From positions 1-64,000 of the forward strand of contig JBLDXI010000026.1 in the NCBI GenBank assembly GCA_047495785.1: a stretch of DNA of 64,000 bases, read 5' to 3'. Shown piece by piece: positions 23,542 to 35,667 of this stretch. The notes beneath the pieces were generated by a model that was given only the letters and a program-made list of their open reading frames with translations, made no database searches and had not been told where the DNA came from. The number at the start of each line of letters is the position of its first letter. Position 1 is the stretch's first letter. The position numbers were made by a program, and so were the translations under genes. The DNA is from Lepidodermella squamata (Eukaryota; Animalia; Gastrotricha).

Positions 23542-25122
23542 TCAAATATTTTGAGACAATTCTTTAATCACTTTCCACGCGAAATCAATGTCAGCATTCG
23601 TAGATTGTGATGAACAAATCGCCAGTCTGAGCATGTAAACACCCCTGAAAAAAACACGAAATATTGTTTCTAAATAGTTCAAAATTATCTATGGAAACTT
23701 ACTTGACCTTCGTTGGAACAAGATGGATCCTGTTATCAGCCAAAATTGCTTTGTACAGCGATTCAGTCGCCTGGTTACACCGAGCCAAGTCATCGCATGG
23801 CTTCAATCGGAAGCAAACCAGACCGAGTACGACCTTGGCTGTAATTTCGAATCTGTTATCTGCTTCGATCAATTGTTTGAAATACATCGCTTTGTCAACC
23901 ATTTCTCGAATGTGCTCTTGAATTTTCCGAACGCCGTAGCTTCGAAGAACGAAAAACAGCTTTAACGAGCGAAATTTCCTGCCAAACGGAATTTGCCAGA
24001 AACGAAAATCTGGCATCGAGCAATTTTCATGGCTATTCCGCAGATAAACCGGATCGATTTTGAAAGCCTCACTGACCAAGGTCCCATCTCTGAACCACAT
24101 CGCCGAGCAATCAAAGTTGACCAACATCGATTTGTGCGGGTTGAAATTGAACGAATCCGCAGATTCAATGCCGTTGAGGAGCGGTCGAAATTCCGGGCAG
24201 CAAAACGCGCTGCCGGCATAGGCGGCATCGACATGCAGCCAAATCGGAGTGTTCAAGTTGGATTTCGAGTTGAACTCATCGATAACTCGGCTAATTTCAG
24301 CCAAATTATCGAAAGCGCAAGTATTAGTCGTGCCCAAAGTGGCGCAGACGAAAAATGGAATCAGCCCTGATTTCTCAGCATTTTCAATCGCCAGCCTCAA
24401 CGCTTCGCCTCTCATCGCATTATCGGAATCGGTTTCGACATTGACGAAATGTTGAATCGCTCCAAACATTCCAGCTCGTTCAACTGTTAGATGAGCCTGG
24501 TCTGAGGTGAATGCCACCAATCGGTCTAAAGTTTGGCCGGTTGTCATTCCGAGAGATTTCTTGCAGTCTTCAAAAGCTCGATTTCGAGCTGCACTCAATG
24601 CTGTTAAGGTGGCTTCACCTGCCGTGCCATGGATTACCCCGCCACCCTTGCCTTTCGACGAGAATAGGAAATGATCCGGTAGTTCCAACAGTTTAGCTAA
24701 CCAATCCATCATAACTGTCTCCAGTTCGGTACTGCTAGGGTTCGATGCCCAAGTGAAACCCATTGAACCAATCGCATTCCTGAAAAAAATAATTAATTAC
24801 CCATAATTAATTAAGGAGGCTGGACCCACGAAAGCATGTCAGCTATCATTGAAGGATAAGAAGTCGCCATTGCGTAATATCCAAAAAATTTAGGCGAGTG
24901 CCAATGAGCAGCGCCGGGTAGTATTGCCGAGTTGACATCTGCGAGAATATCGTCGAACGCCTCTGAATTTTGAGGCGCTTCGGGTGACAACAGCGGAGGT
25001 AGGAACCCTGGTTTAAATTCGGTTGAAGAAGGAAAAGCAGGTCTATCTCGGATATTGTCGAAATAGTTAGCGATGAAGTCTACCATCGCCTTGCCACGGC
25101 TTCTAAACTCCTCGCTATTCAT
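23542..25122 (-). CDS. Ddc: Aromatic L-amino acid decarboxylase (Ddc-like), 3 exons
   Basis: MNSEEFRSRGKAMVDFIANY, HWHSPKF, GFTWASNPSSTELE, SDQAH, WLHVDAAYAG and the PLP lysine motif NPHK. WQIPFGRKFR has Gly as in DDC, not Ser as in HDC/TDC. Orthology not tested. Confidence 0.88.
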
Positions 25123-26074
25123 TGTTGATAAGTCAAAGCGAAAAATGAAAAATGAGAGATCCAACTCGTGATTCAAATGAGATGACTACTGCACGCGTTT
25201 CACTTTTTAGTGTTCACACAATTTTTCGTTTTTTTTTATTCGTCTTTAGTAACTCCATGTACCACTGGCTTCATGCCCAATTGGCGCGATCGAGTTCGAA
25301 ATACTCAACCAATAAATCGAAGGAATAGCAATGAATGGGCGCCATTTATCTAAGAAACGGAAATGATAATAAAGTAATGAAAGGCTATTATTATTATTTA
25401 TCGCAAGACGCTGTTTTATTAGCATCATGTTAACTGGTACCTAAAAAAACGTTATGGCTTCGCGCTTGGTCGCAATGCTTTTAGTTGGAGATCCTCTGTG
25501 CCAACCATCATTCGGTTTTATTGCTCTCCTATAGGTATGATGAGAGGAAGGAGCGAGCAGCGAAGTCAGTGAAGGGGAACGATGCGCTTGGTAAACTACT
25601 GCGCAGCTGCCAGTGTCAGTCTATAGCTAACATAGGTAATCATGATCGGAAAACACTCATTTATATCGTCTGCACTGTGAATTAAATAATGAAATAATAA
25701 TAAATCATCCCAGGTAAAATCTATCCACCTTAATAACAACTCATCAGTTAAATGATAGTCTTTCAAATCGATGATTCATCGTAGTCATATTGTAGTATTT
25801 TAATGTTAATTCCTTTCTCGTGGCGCTTCACGGCACCTACCTCAAAGATTTTTTTGATTACGTCTAACTCCACTAACTCCATCTATACTGTTTAAGCATC
25901 AGCGTAAATTAATTTTAGATTCCTTCAATTAAAGTGAAAAAATTCCTGTCATCACCATAAAACTACTAATTGAATGACAAATGAGTGTGTTTTGTAAACG
26001 AAACTTGAGAGAGAACAAAGTTGGTATTTTTTTTATCATCATCTGTTTTTATTATCTGAAATTATGTTGACAGA

Positions 26075-26648
26075 ATGTCCACATCACAGCCGCAGCAGTA
26101 AATTTTGTCTAATATTTATCCGGGGCATGCACTAAAATCATGATGTATTTATAGCGAAATGACATTGATAGACGATGCACCGGCAGCAGTTGACGAAGAT
26201 CGCGAGACTAAATGGCGTCGATCGAATACAGGTCGCTATTGGCGGCTATTTGTCATGATTCTGGCTATTATCGTCGCTATTGGCTTTCTGGGCTTCATAA
26301 TTTCGTCCATACTTCAACAGGTTTGATCTCAGTCAATTGACTATTCCACCAAAATTCGGAATTTTTCACTTTTTCGTTTCAAATTGTTTAGAAATATTCC
26401 TAATTTTTTTACAGGTTCGCATCGCTCGACTTTCGGATCAAATAGACAATATGTATAAGGAGCAAAACGAATCTAGAAGCCTGATGCTTGAAAGACTGAG
26501 TTCCTTAGAGCAGCAAATAGCCAGCTTAAATGCCACAAACTTTGAGGTTATGGAGGTTCTCCGTGCCAAACTCGGTGCCAGTTTCGAAGGCCAAGTTGTT
26601 AGCGAAGGAAAAAGTGGTTCCACGAAGACCTATCGAGTATTCGGCTGA
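26075..26648 (+). CDS. Small type II membrane protein with coiled-coil ectodomain, 3 exons
   Basis: MSTSQPQH|EMTL...RLFVMILAIIVAIGFLGFIISSILQQ|VRIARLSDQIDNM...LSSLEQQIASLN; joins keep frame; AATAAA at about 26738. Confidence 0.7.
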
Positions 26649-26970
26649 AGAAGCAATGGATATATCATCTGCTGGTCATGTTCGAACTCCTCTAAACCAT
26701 CATTTTTTATATTATAGTTCAAGATGTTTTCACGATGAATAAAATGGAAATTATTTTATTGAGCTTTTCTCGCGAATTAAAAACACTTTCTAGGCTCGAT
26801 AGTGCATGATATAAGGTGAAACGGTAGTAATTAAAAGATTGTCATGCTTTTCACGGCACCCTCGCTCGGAAAAAAATGTCATCAATATTATATCATTAAC
26901 AGTGATAATTAGATACTACCAAAACATCTTAGTAACGTTATAATCTCAGTTAAATTTTCACCCAGGCAGT

Positions 26971-28306
26971 ATGTCTACTACCAGAACTGCAGGAGATCAG
27001 TATAAAAGGAATTAGCAATCGATTAAAATAGTTAAATATGATTTTTCCAATTCAGGGAGTTGGGTCTAGTCAACGGTGCACCGAAACAAAGAAAAAAGAG
27101 CGAACAATGCGACGTCATTTGTTGGAAAACGGTCACCGGATCGGTCATCTTCATCGCCTTGGCTTGTGTCATTATTCTTGGAGTCTACATTTTCCATCAA
27201 AGAGTACTTTTTCGGTTCCATCTTTGACCTAATATTAATAATTGATGTTATAATAGGCTATAATCAATCGCTTGGAGCAGCCATCGGAACCCTCAGCTGC
27301 TGCTGCATTGGAATGCGAAGATCCAATGGTTATTAGTCCCCTACCTGAAGCTGCGATCACCTGCGAATTCAACGTTGCAGAAGAAACGGCCGGGTTTCTA
27401 ACCTTCGACAACGGATCTGTCATTACGACTGGCAAGAATTTTCCTCAAAATACAGTGCTAATTCTACACTGCCCAAAGGACCACCGGGTCGTAGATGGTC
27501 GATCGTTTTCGAGCTGTAGAAAGAGTGGAGAATTCGCGCCGAAACTCGGCACTTGTCTATCACCGAGTCGATTGGAGGATGAACAAAAGAAGCTGGCGAA
27601 ATCAGCGGCTACGGGAGATTCAACTGAATTGGCTAGGTTGTTATCCCTCGGCTATCTCAACGTCAACTGGCGAGATCCTTCCGAGATCGATGAATGCTTT
27701 CTATGGCCTGTAAGCTCTGGCACCGCGCTACATCGAGCTGTAGATTGCAGCCGCTCGCCAACAGCTATTTTACAGCCATTGATCGACGCTGGGGCAGATG
27801 TTGATTCTGCTGAGACAACAAATAACGCAAGGCCTCTTCATTTCGCGGCAGCTCTCGGAAATTCGGCTACGGTTGACCTGCTCTTGAAGAAGGGCGCGCA
27901 TGTCAACGCGACAATGAAAGATGGGACATCGGCGCTGTGGCACGCCTCGGAACAGGGCCATCTATCAGTGGTGAATCTTCTCATCTCGAGTAGGGCTGAT
28001 TTTTACGCAACAACCTGGGGTGGGGGCTATTCGCCACTTCATGCCGCGGCAGCTAATGGTCATCTCGAGGTGGTGAAAGCATTGTTGGACGGCAATAAAT
28101 CCGACAAAAATTACATCAATTTCATAGCGGAATCTGGGAAAAGTGGCTCGCCGCTTATTGAAGCAGTTCTGAAAAATGAACTGGAAATTGTTCTGGAACT
28201 GGTGAGGCGAGGCGCAGATGTCAACCTGCAAAAAATTGATGGCAGTACAGCAATTTCTATCGCACAGCAAAAAGGATACGATGAAATTCTGCAAATTTTA
28301 CAGTGA
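26971..28306 (+). CDS. Type II membrane protein with Sushi/CCP domain followed by about 6 ankyrin repeats, 3 exons
   Basis: Exons 26971-26999, 27056-27203, 27257-28306. TM VTGSVIFIALACVIILGVYIF. Sushi C...LHCPKDHRVVDGRSFSSCRKSGEFAPKLGTC. ANK motifs TALHRA, PLHFAA, SALWHA, SPLHAA. Confidence 0.8.
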
Positions 28307-28729
28307 CAGTTATACCGTTGGGTAGAGGGGGAATTTTGGAAAAAACCATGTTTTAATTAAAAATCAGTCGTGATTCAGAAATCGATGATGTTTTGGTACA
28401 AAGGTTTGTGTAATGAGCCCCGATTTATCGGTGACTTTTGGCGGTTTTAGGATTTTTATACCTGATTTTGGCAATCGAAAACATTGATGGCTAATGTTGG
28501 ACAATTAGCGGGCACTTCTGGACACGCTCATTGACAAACGAGATGGCGATGCGAATTTTCAGTTTTTTGAGCTTTAGGTCAAATTTGGAAAAAATACATT
28601 TTTGTGCTGCCGCAACTATTTTGTAATTTGGCAATTTCGGAAGGAAATTCAACTAATTTTATCAAATTAAACCTACCTACCGAGCGAATATTCCATCTTT
28701 TATCCGTGATTTAACCGAAGAAATAAAAA

Positions 28730-28999
28730 ATTTCTGGAGAAAACCCGGACGTTTCAATTTCGGTATAACCGGTTGTATAACCGGTTCGGTAATTTTCGGT
28801 ATTTTACCCGGTTGGACCAATTTTCTCCGGACATTTTTAATTCCATTAACAAGCGATTACCTGATTACAATTCTTTTGATTTTTTTAATTTTTCTAAAAC
28901 TTTTCTGGCCATGAGATGTGACTTCGTCTCTCATTTTAAAGTTTCTGAACCCTTTTCCGTGTATTTTCTTTGCTTGCGTTAATTATGAGACACGCTGTA
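28730..28999. mobile_element. Partial MITE, same family as 57042-57514
   Basis: Shares GGTTCGGTAATTTTCGG.ATTTTACCCGGTTGGACCA and GTGACTTC.T.TCTCAT with the 57-kb element, and ends ...GAGACACGCTG-TA. Left end not resolved. Confidence 0.6.
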
Positions 29000-29435
29000 T
29001 AAACAGTCCAAAATTAGTCGATGTTCACCTGAACTTCAGGTCAATCCCCTGCAAAAAATAATCGTTGGATCTGAATTTTTCTTTCGATAACTGAGAGAGC
29101 AAGCCATTAGGATACCCATGCCAATTTTTGTCCTAAAATGATTATTTGTTTGTGAGATAAGAGGACTAAGAGAAAGATAAATCGACATTTGAGTTGCCTT
29201 GCTTATAAAAATTCTTAAAAATCAAGTATTGCTCCAATCACCTTGGGACCTGTGCCTTTCGAACGCTCAAAAGACGGGGAATTTTATGTAAAAAAAACCT
29301 GTGTTTTTATCATACAGCATTACAAAGTTATTCACCTGCAAAGCCAAAGTGTCCAAAATTTATCATGCGCTACGGTACAATTCAGCAAATCGTTTTATTC
29401 ATTCAGAATGAAAAAATACAGATTAGTAATTAAAA

Positions 29436-30473
29436 TCAAAAGCGAGCGCCTTTTTGTTTTAGAAAGTTGACAACTTTATATTGTTTCGCTTGAGTAGCTA
29501 GCATCAACGGGGTCTGGTTGTTTTTGTTGCGCGCCTCCAGCATCAACTGATCACGACACCGGTCCAACATGAATTCAACAACACGAAGATTGCCTTTAGC
29601 GGCTGCTAAATGTACGGCTGAATTTCCCATAGCATCATTCGCGAATAAGAAGACATTTCGTTTCGCCAGATAATCAACACACATCCAGTGGCCCTTTTCG
29701 GCCGCATTTAGTAGGGGCGTCTTGCCGTTAGCATCCTTCGACTCGGCTGAAATCTGGCACGTTTCCAACAGGTATTTCAACAGCTCCAAATGACCACTCG
29801 CAGCCGCTATGTTAGCTATAGTATCTCGTAATTTCGACTCGGATTCTAGGAGTAATTTTACGAGATCCAACTTGCCGGCTTCCGTTGCTTTCTGTAACAA
29901 AGCCGCTGTGTCTAGGCCGCTTAACTTCGCCCCTCGTTGAAGCAGCAATCGAACAGCATCGACGTGATTGTGTTCGGCTGCGAACATCACCGGAGTTTTC
30001 TTAGCACGACTCACGTGATTTATGTCGAATAGCGTAGGCGGCTCAAGGTCAAGGAAATAGGTCAAAATTTCCACGTGGCCACAAGCCGCTGCTAAATGAA
30101 GGGCGCTGTAGCCAAGCTCGTAGAGTCTAGGACTTATCCTAGGGTCGTAATCCAGCGGCCTTAAATCTGCACCGGAGTCGACCAGAAATTTGACGAGCGG
30201 CAAATTTCCAAGGGCGACTGCTTGGAGGACCGGCGTTTGTTCCGGGAATCCGACCGGTAAAGGCTGCCAAGTTACATGGTGGATATCGGCCTTTTTCTCC
30301 TGAACCAAATACTTGACCAGGGTTAACTTCCCGCTTGAAATTGCTGCATTAAGAAGTGTAGCTCGATTCACGCGGTGTTCTTCTTCCAAAAGATCGGGAT
30401 CACTTTTCAAAATTTTCTTTACATCTTTCAAGTGGCCTTTCGCAGCAGCATCGTGAAGTTGCACCAGTATCAT
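29436..30473 (-). CDS. Intronless ankyrin-repeat protein
   Basis: About 9 ANK repeats (SALHLAAACGH, TPVMFAAEHNH, TPLLNAAEKGH). Start taken at MILVQLHDAA. Confidence 0.85.
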   Translation of the reverse strand: MILVQLHDAAAKGHLKDVKKILKSDPDLLEEEHRVNRATLLNAAISSGKLTLVKYLVQEKKADIHHVTWQPLPVGFPEQTPVLQAVALGNLPLVKFLVDSGADLRPLDYDPRISPRLYELGYSALHLAAACGHVEILTYFLDLEPPTLFDINHVSRAKKTPVMFAAEHNHVDAVRLLLQRGAKLSGLDTAALLQKATEAGKLDLVKLLLESESKLRDTIANIAAASGHLELLKYLLETCQISAESKDANGKTPLLNAAEKGHWMCVDYLAKRNVFLFANDAMGNSAVHLAAAKGNLRVVEFMLDRCRDQLMLEARNKNNQTPLMLATQAKQYKVVNFLKQKGARF

Positions 30474-31332
30474 TGAAGCATAAAAAGCAGTTTTGATAGA
30501 GAGTTTTTTCACACGCACCGGGGGGCCGTATCTCAGGCTGTATAGCACAGGTATAATAATGTGATATTGCCTAAAACAAGCAGAAAAACAACGTTTTATT
30601 ACAATATTTACTAAGTGATTCACTCAAAGGCATATTACATCAGCAATTTTATCAAAAAACTTGGCGGTCGAAAATATAATCTCGCAGTATCTGCGAAAAA
30701 TCGTTATCTCTATTATAGTACTAGAATTATACATGCATCCAGCAGCCAGCTCCAGAAGGGCATTTCAGCTGTGATATGATAATCGATGCGATAATGCGCA
30801 TCGCTTTTATGCATTATTTGTGGTATAGGGATAAAAAAAATTGAATTTTTAAGAGATGGCACAATAATTTTTTGTACTATCCTCTAATTGGCAAAACGCG
30901 ATCGAATGCGGTTCTCCTTCAAGGAAATTCAGAACGCCGGAAGACTCTTCTGGTAAATTCCCAATCTATACAATATCAAAGGAAATTGCGGTGTGGTGCA
31001 AGGGTGCACGCAAAACTTTATTGGTTTCGCGATGACTGGAGAAGGAAAAAAATTTATACAACACATCGTTTTACATATACACAAAACATTATTTTCTTCA
31101 TATCCCATTCGAGTCCTTCGCTTTATTGCGCCCCCTGAATCACCGATCGATACAAGTAATTGATGAATGGCACGGCGAGTACAACTACTACCACAGCGGC
31201 TGAACCACGCTGCATATTTAAAGAAATAATGATGAATAAAAAATGTCGCGCAATATAAATTTGCACAAGGGGCTGGAATTATTTCCGTGAACAAAACCCG
31301 CCGCCGCATGGGAGCTGTTGCCGGAAAAAGCA

Positions 31333-32451
31333 TCATTCAACGCCGCCTCTAAATTTCAACAAATTCGCAGCATAAATTTGATTTCGAGCCGAGGCCACAG
31401 ATAAAGCGGTTTGCTGTTGGTTATTCCGGCGGTTAATCATTTCCTTTGATATTCGAAGTATATTTGCCATTATTTGATTATGGCCATTCGCAGCAGCTAA
31501 ATGAAGCGCAGTGTCCCCGTTGCAGTCGGACGTAGTAACATCCGCAGAATTTTCAATAAGGTGACTGACCACGTCAAGATGACCATTCTCGGCTGCGCTC
31601 ATCAGCGCTGATTTCCCATTCGAACCCACGGAATCAATGTCGAGATGACATTTCTTCAACAGAAATTTCACTGTTTGAAGCTGACCACCAGCAGCGGCTG
31701 AATTCAGCAGAAGATCCCCATTTGAATTTGTAGAACTCAACAGTTCAGGTTTAAGATGAAGAATAATTTTCAGCAATTCTAAATAGCCGGCTGCAGCCGC
31801 CTTATGAGCAACACTGTCGAAATCGAACCCATCGAGATCGATTCCTTTTTGTTGAATAAGGAAGGAAACGACTTCCAGATGACCATTTTGGCCAGCCAGA
31901 ATAATCGCGGTGTAATTACTCGCGTTTCGAAGATTAATTTCTGCCCCATTTTGAAGGACCAAGAGATGAACTATGCTGAGATGACCATTAGATGATGCAA
32001 CCATTAGAGGGGTTTCGACAATTTTCGAGCCGACCACTCCGTTCAATGATTCAGGATTAAGTCGTAATAGGTAATCGGCAATGTCCAAGTGGCCACATCT
32101 AGCGGCAAAGTGAAGAGGAAGATGCCGGGTTGAACTGTCTTCCGACATAGGAACGGCCCCATTTTCCACGAGGAGTTTAACAATTTGAAAATGACCAAGG
32201 GTTGTAGCAAAATGTACAGCAGTTTGGCCGTTCGATCTTTTCGTTAAATCGGCTCGTTTTTCCGTAACTAGGAATTTGACCAGAGGTAAACTCCCACTTT
32301 TTATTGCCCAAAATAACACTGTGTCGCTAGCTTCCAGCAAATCGGGCTTCTTTTTCAGGATTTTCCTAACCTGAGCAAGCCGTCCAGCTGTAGCAGCCTC
32401 ATACAAGGCCGTAAGGTCGCGATTTTCAGGTGACATGAGTTCAAAAGCCAT
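31333..32451 (-). CDS. Intronless ankyrin-repeat protein, tandem paralog
   Basis: 372 aa, about 10 ANK repeats. N-terminus VRKILKKKPDLLE matches VKKILKSDPDLLE in the neighbour. Confidence 0.88.
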   Translation of the reverse strand: MAFELMSPENRDLTALYEAATAGRLAQVRKILKKKPDLLEASDTVLFWAIKSGSLPLVKFLVTEKRADLTKRSNGQTAVHFATTLGHFQIVKLLVENGAVPMSEDSSTRHLPLHFAARCGHLDIADYLLRLNPESLNGVVGSKIVETPLMVASSNGHLSIVHLLVLQNGAEINLRNASNYTAIILAGQNGHLEVVSFLIQQKGIDLDGFDFDSVAHKAAAAGYLELLKIILHLKPELLSSTNSNGDLLLNSAAAGGQLQTVKFLLKKCHLDIDSVGSNGKSALMSAAENGHLDVVSHLIENSADVTTSDCNGDTALHLAAANGHNQIMANILRISKEMINRRNNQQQTALSVASARNQIYAANLLKFRGGVE

Positions 32452-33072
32452 TGAAAATTATGAATAAGTCCTCCAACTAGCATCTATGATGCAATATAAG
32501 TAAATTCAGGAATGGAGGTGCATTGTGCTAGGTGATGAGTAATACGGCACTGGCGAATCGATAAGACGATCGATGCTATGACCAATAAATTGAAAATAAT
32601 CGAAACAAATTTGATAATTGACTTCAAATCAATGCTCTCATTCTGCTCCCAATCTGTGGCGATGAAGAAAACAACAACATGAATGTCTCTGTTGAGGCGT
32701 TGTTATTTAGCGGACTAATTGTTTTCATCTTTGCTTGCCCTAGCGTAAAAGTCAAACGGCGACACAAGTCAAGTGAATAAATATTTATCAATGCATTATT
32801 TTAAGTGGTTAAAATGGCACTCGTTTCTCGGCCCCTATTTTTTTCATTCATTTTACGCCAGATGCCCGTGCGCTATTTTTTGAAATCTGGAGGTGTATTT
32901 AGTCTCTAATTGGCTAATATAAATCGTTGTCGATATATTCGCTCTATCTCGAACATTTTGGGTAAACACTGATAAGATTTTGTGAACTCGATTTTTCAAA
33001 ATTAGCCGGCCATTTTGCATAAAATATACATTCATTTTTCGAACCTAAATATTTTGCGTTGGAAATTCTATA

Positions 33073-35613
33073 ATGGCTATCCCATTTCTGATTGCGATTT
33101 CGTTAAGTATGCTCCTTGCACCGACTGCAAGCCAGATTCCAGATCCAACTCCTCGTGAATGCTTCAATGTTACAGGTTTTTGACAAAAAAATTCAAATTA
33201 ATTCATCTACTGGTGTTTTTTTATAGTTTCAGAGCACGATTTGACCCAGTTTATTTTCGAAAAATATTCAGGCACTTCTGAACGGCCGAGACTGAACGCG
33301 ATGCATACCGTAAAACTCAATTTAACGCTAAGCATTTCTTCAATCAATGACGTTGTATGTACTTTGAACCATAAAAAAATATTAATAAAATTTTGCATCG
33401 CCCCATCAGCTGGAAAAGGACCGATTAATCCGTGTAACTGCTTACCTTGCGTTAAGGTGGTTCGACGAATTTCACGTTTGGAACACAACTTTCCCGTTCT
33501 ATTGCATTCCTTACATCGGTAATGTCTCATATTATCAGTTCGACTTCCTATAATTTAAGGTATTTCAAGTTTTACCAGCTACTCAAGTATGGCGCCCGGA
33601 TGTGGCTCAAATGAACGACCGTGGCGGAGGGCGCTACGCCTTAATGGAGACGCTGGGCGAAAAAATTCGATTGCACAGTAATGGATTCACAACTTTCAGT
33701 CCAGGTATGGTAGAAAATTAAATTACACGAATTTTTAATTTTTTTTCATAGGAGGGACGTTTGATGCTCTGTGCGACTTTGATTTCACCATGTTAGACTT
33801 TCGCATAAAATTCTGGGGATTTTTAGTACATTAATCAATTTTTAGTTTCCCATTTGATTCTCAAAACTGTGCCATTCAAATGGAATCATGGCGATATACC
33901 AGCGCCTATGTGTCATTTTTTCTCGGCAGCCCGACTAAAATCTATCAATGGTGGGAAAATGACCAATGGCTACTCGTCGGTACGGACGAAAAGCTAATCT
34001 CCGAGACATACACCTACACCGATCTGACGTTTGACCGCGTCGAATTTTACATCTTCATCCGTCGCAAGGCGATGTACTACATCTTGAACATCATACTGCC
34101 CAGTCAAATTTTATCGATAGCTCAACTATCTGTTTTTACTCTACCCCTGGCCGAGGCGACGAAGTTGGAGGTTTCATTCACGTGCCTCTTGTCTTACTCG
34201 GTATTCCAGTTGATGATTGCTGACGACATGCCGCGGTCATCAGATCGAGTGCCGCTGCTATCTGTTTATATCAGCCTTAAAATGCTCTACCTCGCCCTAT
34301 GTATGGTAATCAAATTTTTTTAATTTCGAGCTATCAAATTACGGCCTCACGAGACGTAAAACCTAAATTTATTGCCTGAATGAAAACTTCAAGATTTTTT
34401 AGTCCTACCCTAACGGGCCCAACATTTCGATACTTTGAGCTTTTGCCCTGAATATCCATTTGTGCACGACTGATAAAAATTGGCAAATTTTACTCAAAAA
34501 TGCGCAAAAGGAATTAAAAGTCGAATTAGCATCAAATGAGGTGACCAAATTGTTTCCAAAATGTGCGTCCAAATTTTGACGTTTGCTCACCTATTTTTTA
34601 TAAATCAAGGTGAGTACCTAAATTCATCAAAATTTACTTGCCGATCCAACTTCCTCGGGCGACGTTCTAGCAATTTTTTTTCATTTTTTTGGATGATTTT
34701 GAAAAATTAAAAAACCTGTTTTGTCCAAAGTTAGGACTGACCAAATAATGACCAAATGAATCAGTTTTATTTTTCGTCCTCCGTAGGCATGTGATGTTAA
34801 TATTGGAGAGTAGAAAAAGGCCTTACCCGTGAGGGTTTAGGGGACGGCTGACAACAGGCGGTCGGCTTCAGAGGCCGACAGATCGGTCGCGAACAACCTG
34901 CTTTTGCTCAAAGTTAGGACTCACTATGTTTCGGGTCTTCAATTTTGAATTTCGTGATTTGAAAATTCAAGTGCGTTTGATCGGAGGCTTTTCTGCGCCT
35001 TTCATGTACCAATTTAATATTCTTTCTTCTTTTAAAATTTTGAAACATTTAAGAGTAAAAAAATTACAATAAACCTGCATCTATTGTTTTAAAGCTTGGC
35101 GAAGGCGTTGTTTTCATCATGCTGAATCGAGCTGAGGAAAACCACGCAGCAGTACCTCGTTGTCTATTCAAATGGGCCCTATTTATGGCTCAAATAATCC
35201 AAGTCCGGCATCCTCGTGGCATGAAAGTCCTGGCTGTTAAAGTGAAGCGCGAAAGCAAAGATGAAGACGATGATGCGGTTGGAAATGAAACGCGAAGCCC
35301 GGCCGATGTCTTCAAAGTTCAGCGGGGCTGGCGATCGTCCACGAATGACGTAGCGGAGCAGCATCCTCTCGCTGCAATTCCTGAAACTCAGGTAAGTAGC
35401 TATTAGCTATATCTCAAATTTTCATTCATTTCTCCTTTAAAATTACAGCAAAAAACGACTGCGAGTGACCAATTAACTGACGAAAGACAACGCGAATTGC
35501 AATGGATTTTCACTGCCATGGTGACAGATCGACTCACTGGTCTCTTTTACATCTTCGGCATCGTTTTCACGCCAATTTTCTTCATAACTATCGGCTTCAT
35601 TTTGAAAGGCTAA
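33073..35613 (+). CDS. Cys-loop ligand-gated ion channel subunit 1 (nAChR-like, non-alpha)
   Basis: Signal peptide, RP motif, LRWFDEFHVW, VWRPD, Cys-loop CDFDFTMFPFDSQNC, IRRKAMYYILNIILP, M2 KLEVSFTCLLSYSVF, MPRSSDRVPLL, M4 WIFTAMVTDRL. Confidence 0.9.
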
Positions 35614-35667
35614 TAACATAATAGTACTCATCTTTCAAATTATTATTGCTGTAATAATAAAATTATG

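Noticed and set aside
23542-25122. Ddc as aldehyde synthase or HDC/TDC
   Set aside because: His in SDQAH, the loop Tyr (DPVYL) and Gly in IPFGR all fit an ordinary DDC-type decarboxylase; NPHKS instead of NPHKW is a minor deviation.
34326-35000. Possible transposon remnant in the long intron of channel subunit 1
   Set aside because: Only short repeats (AAAGTTAGGACT twice) are visible; no convincing termini or target-site duplication.
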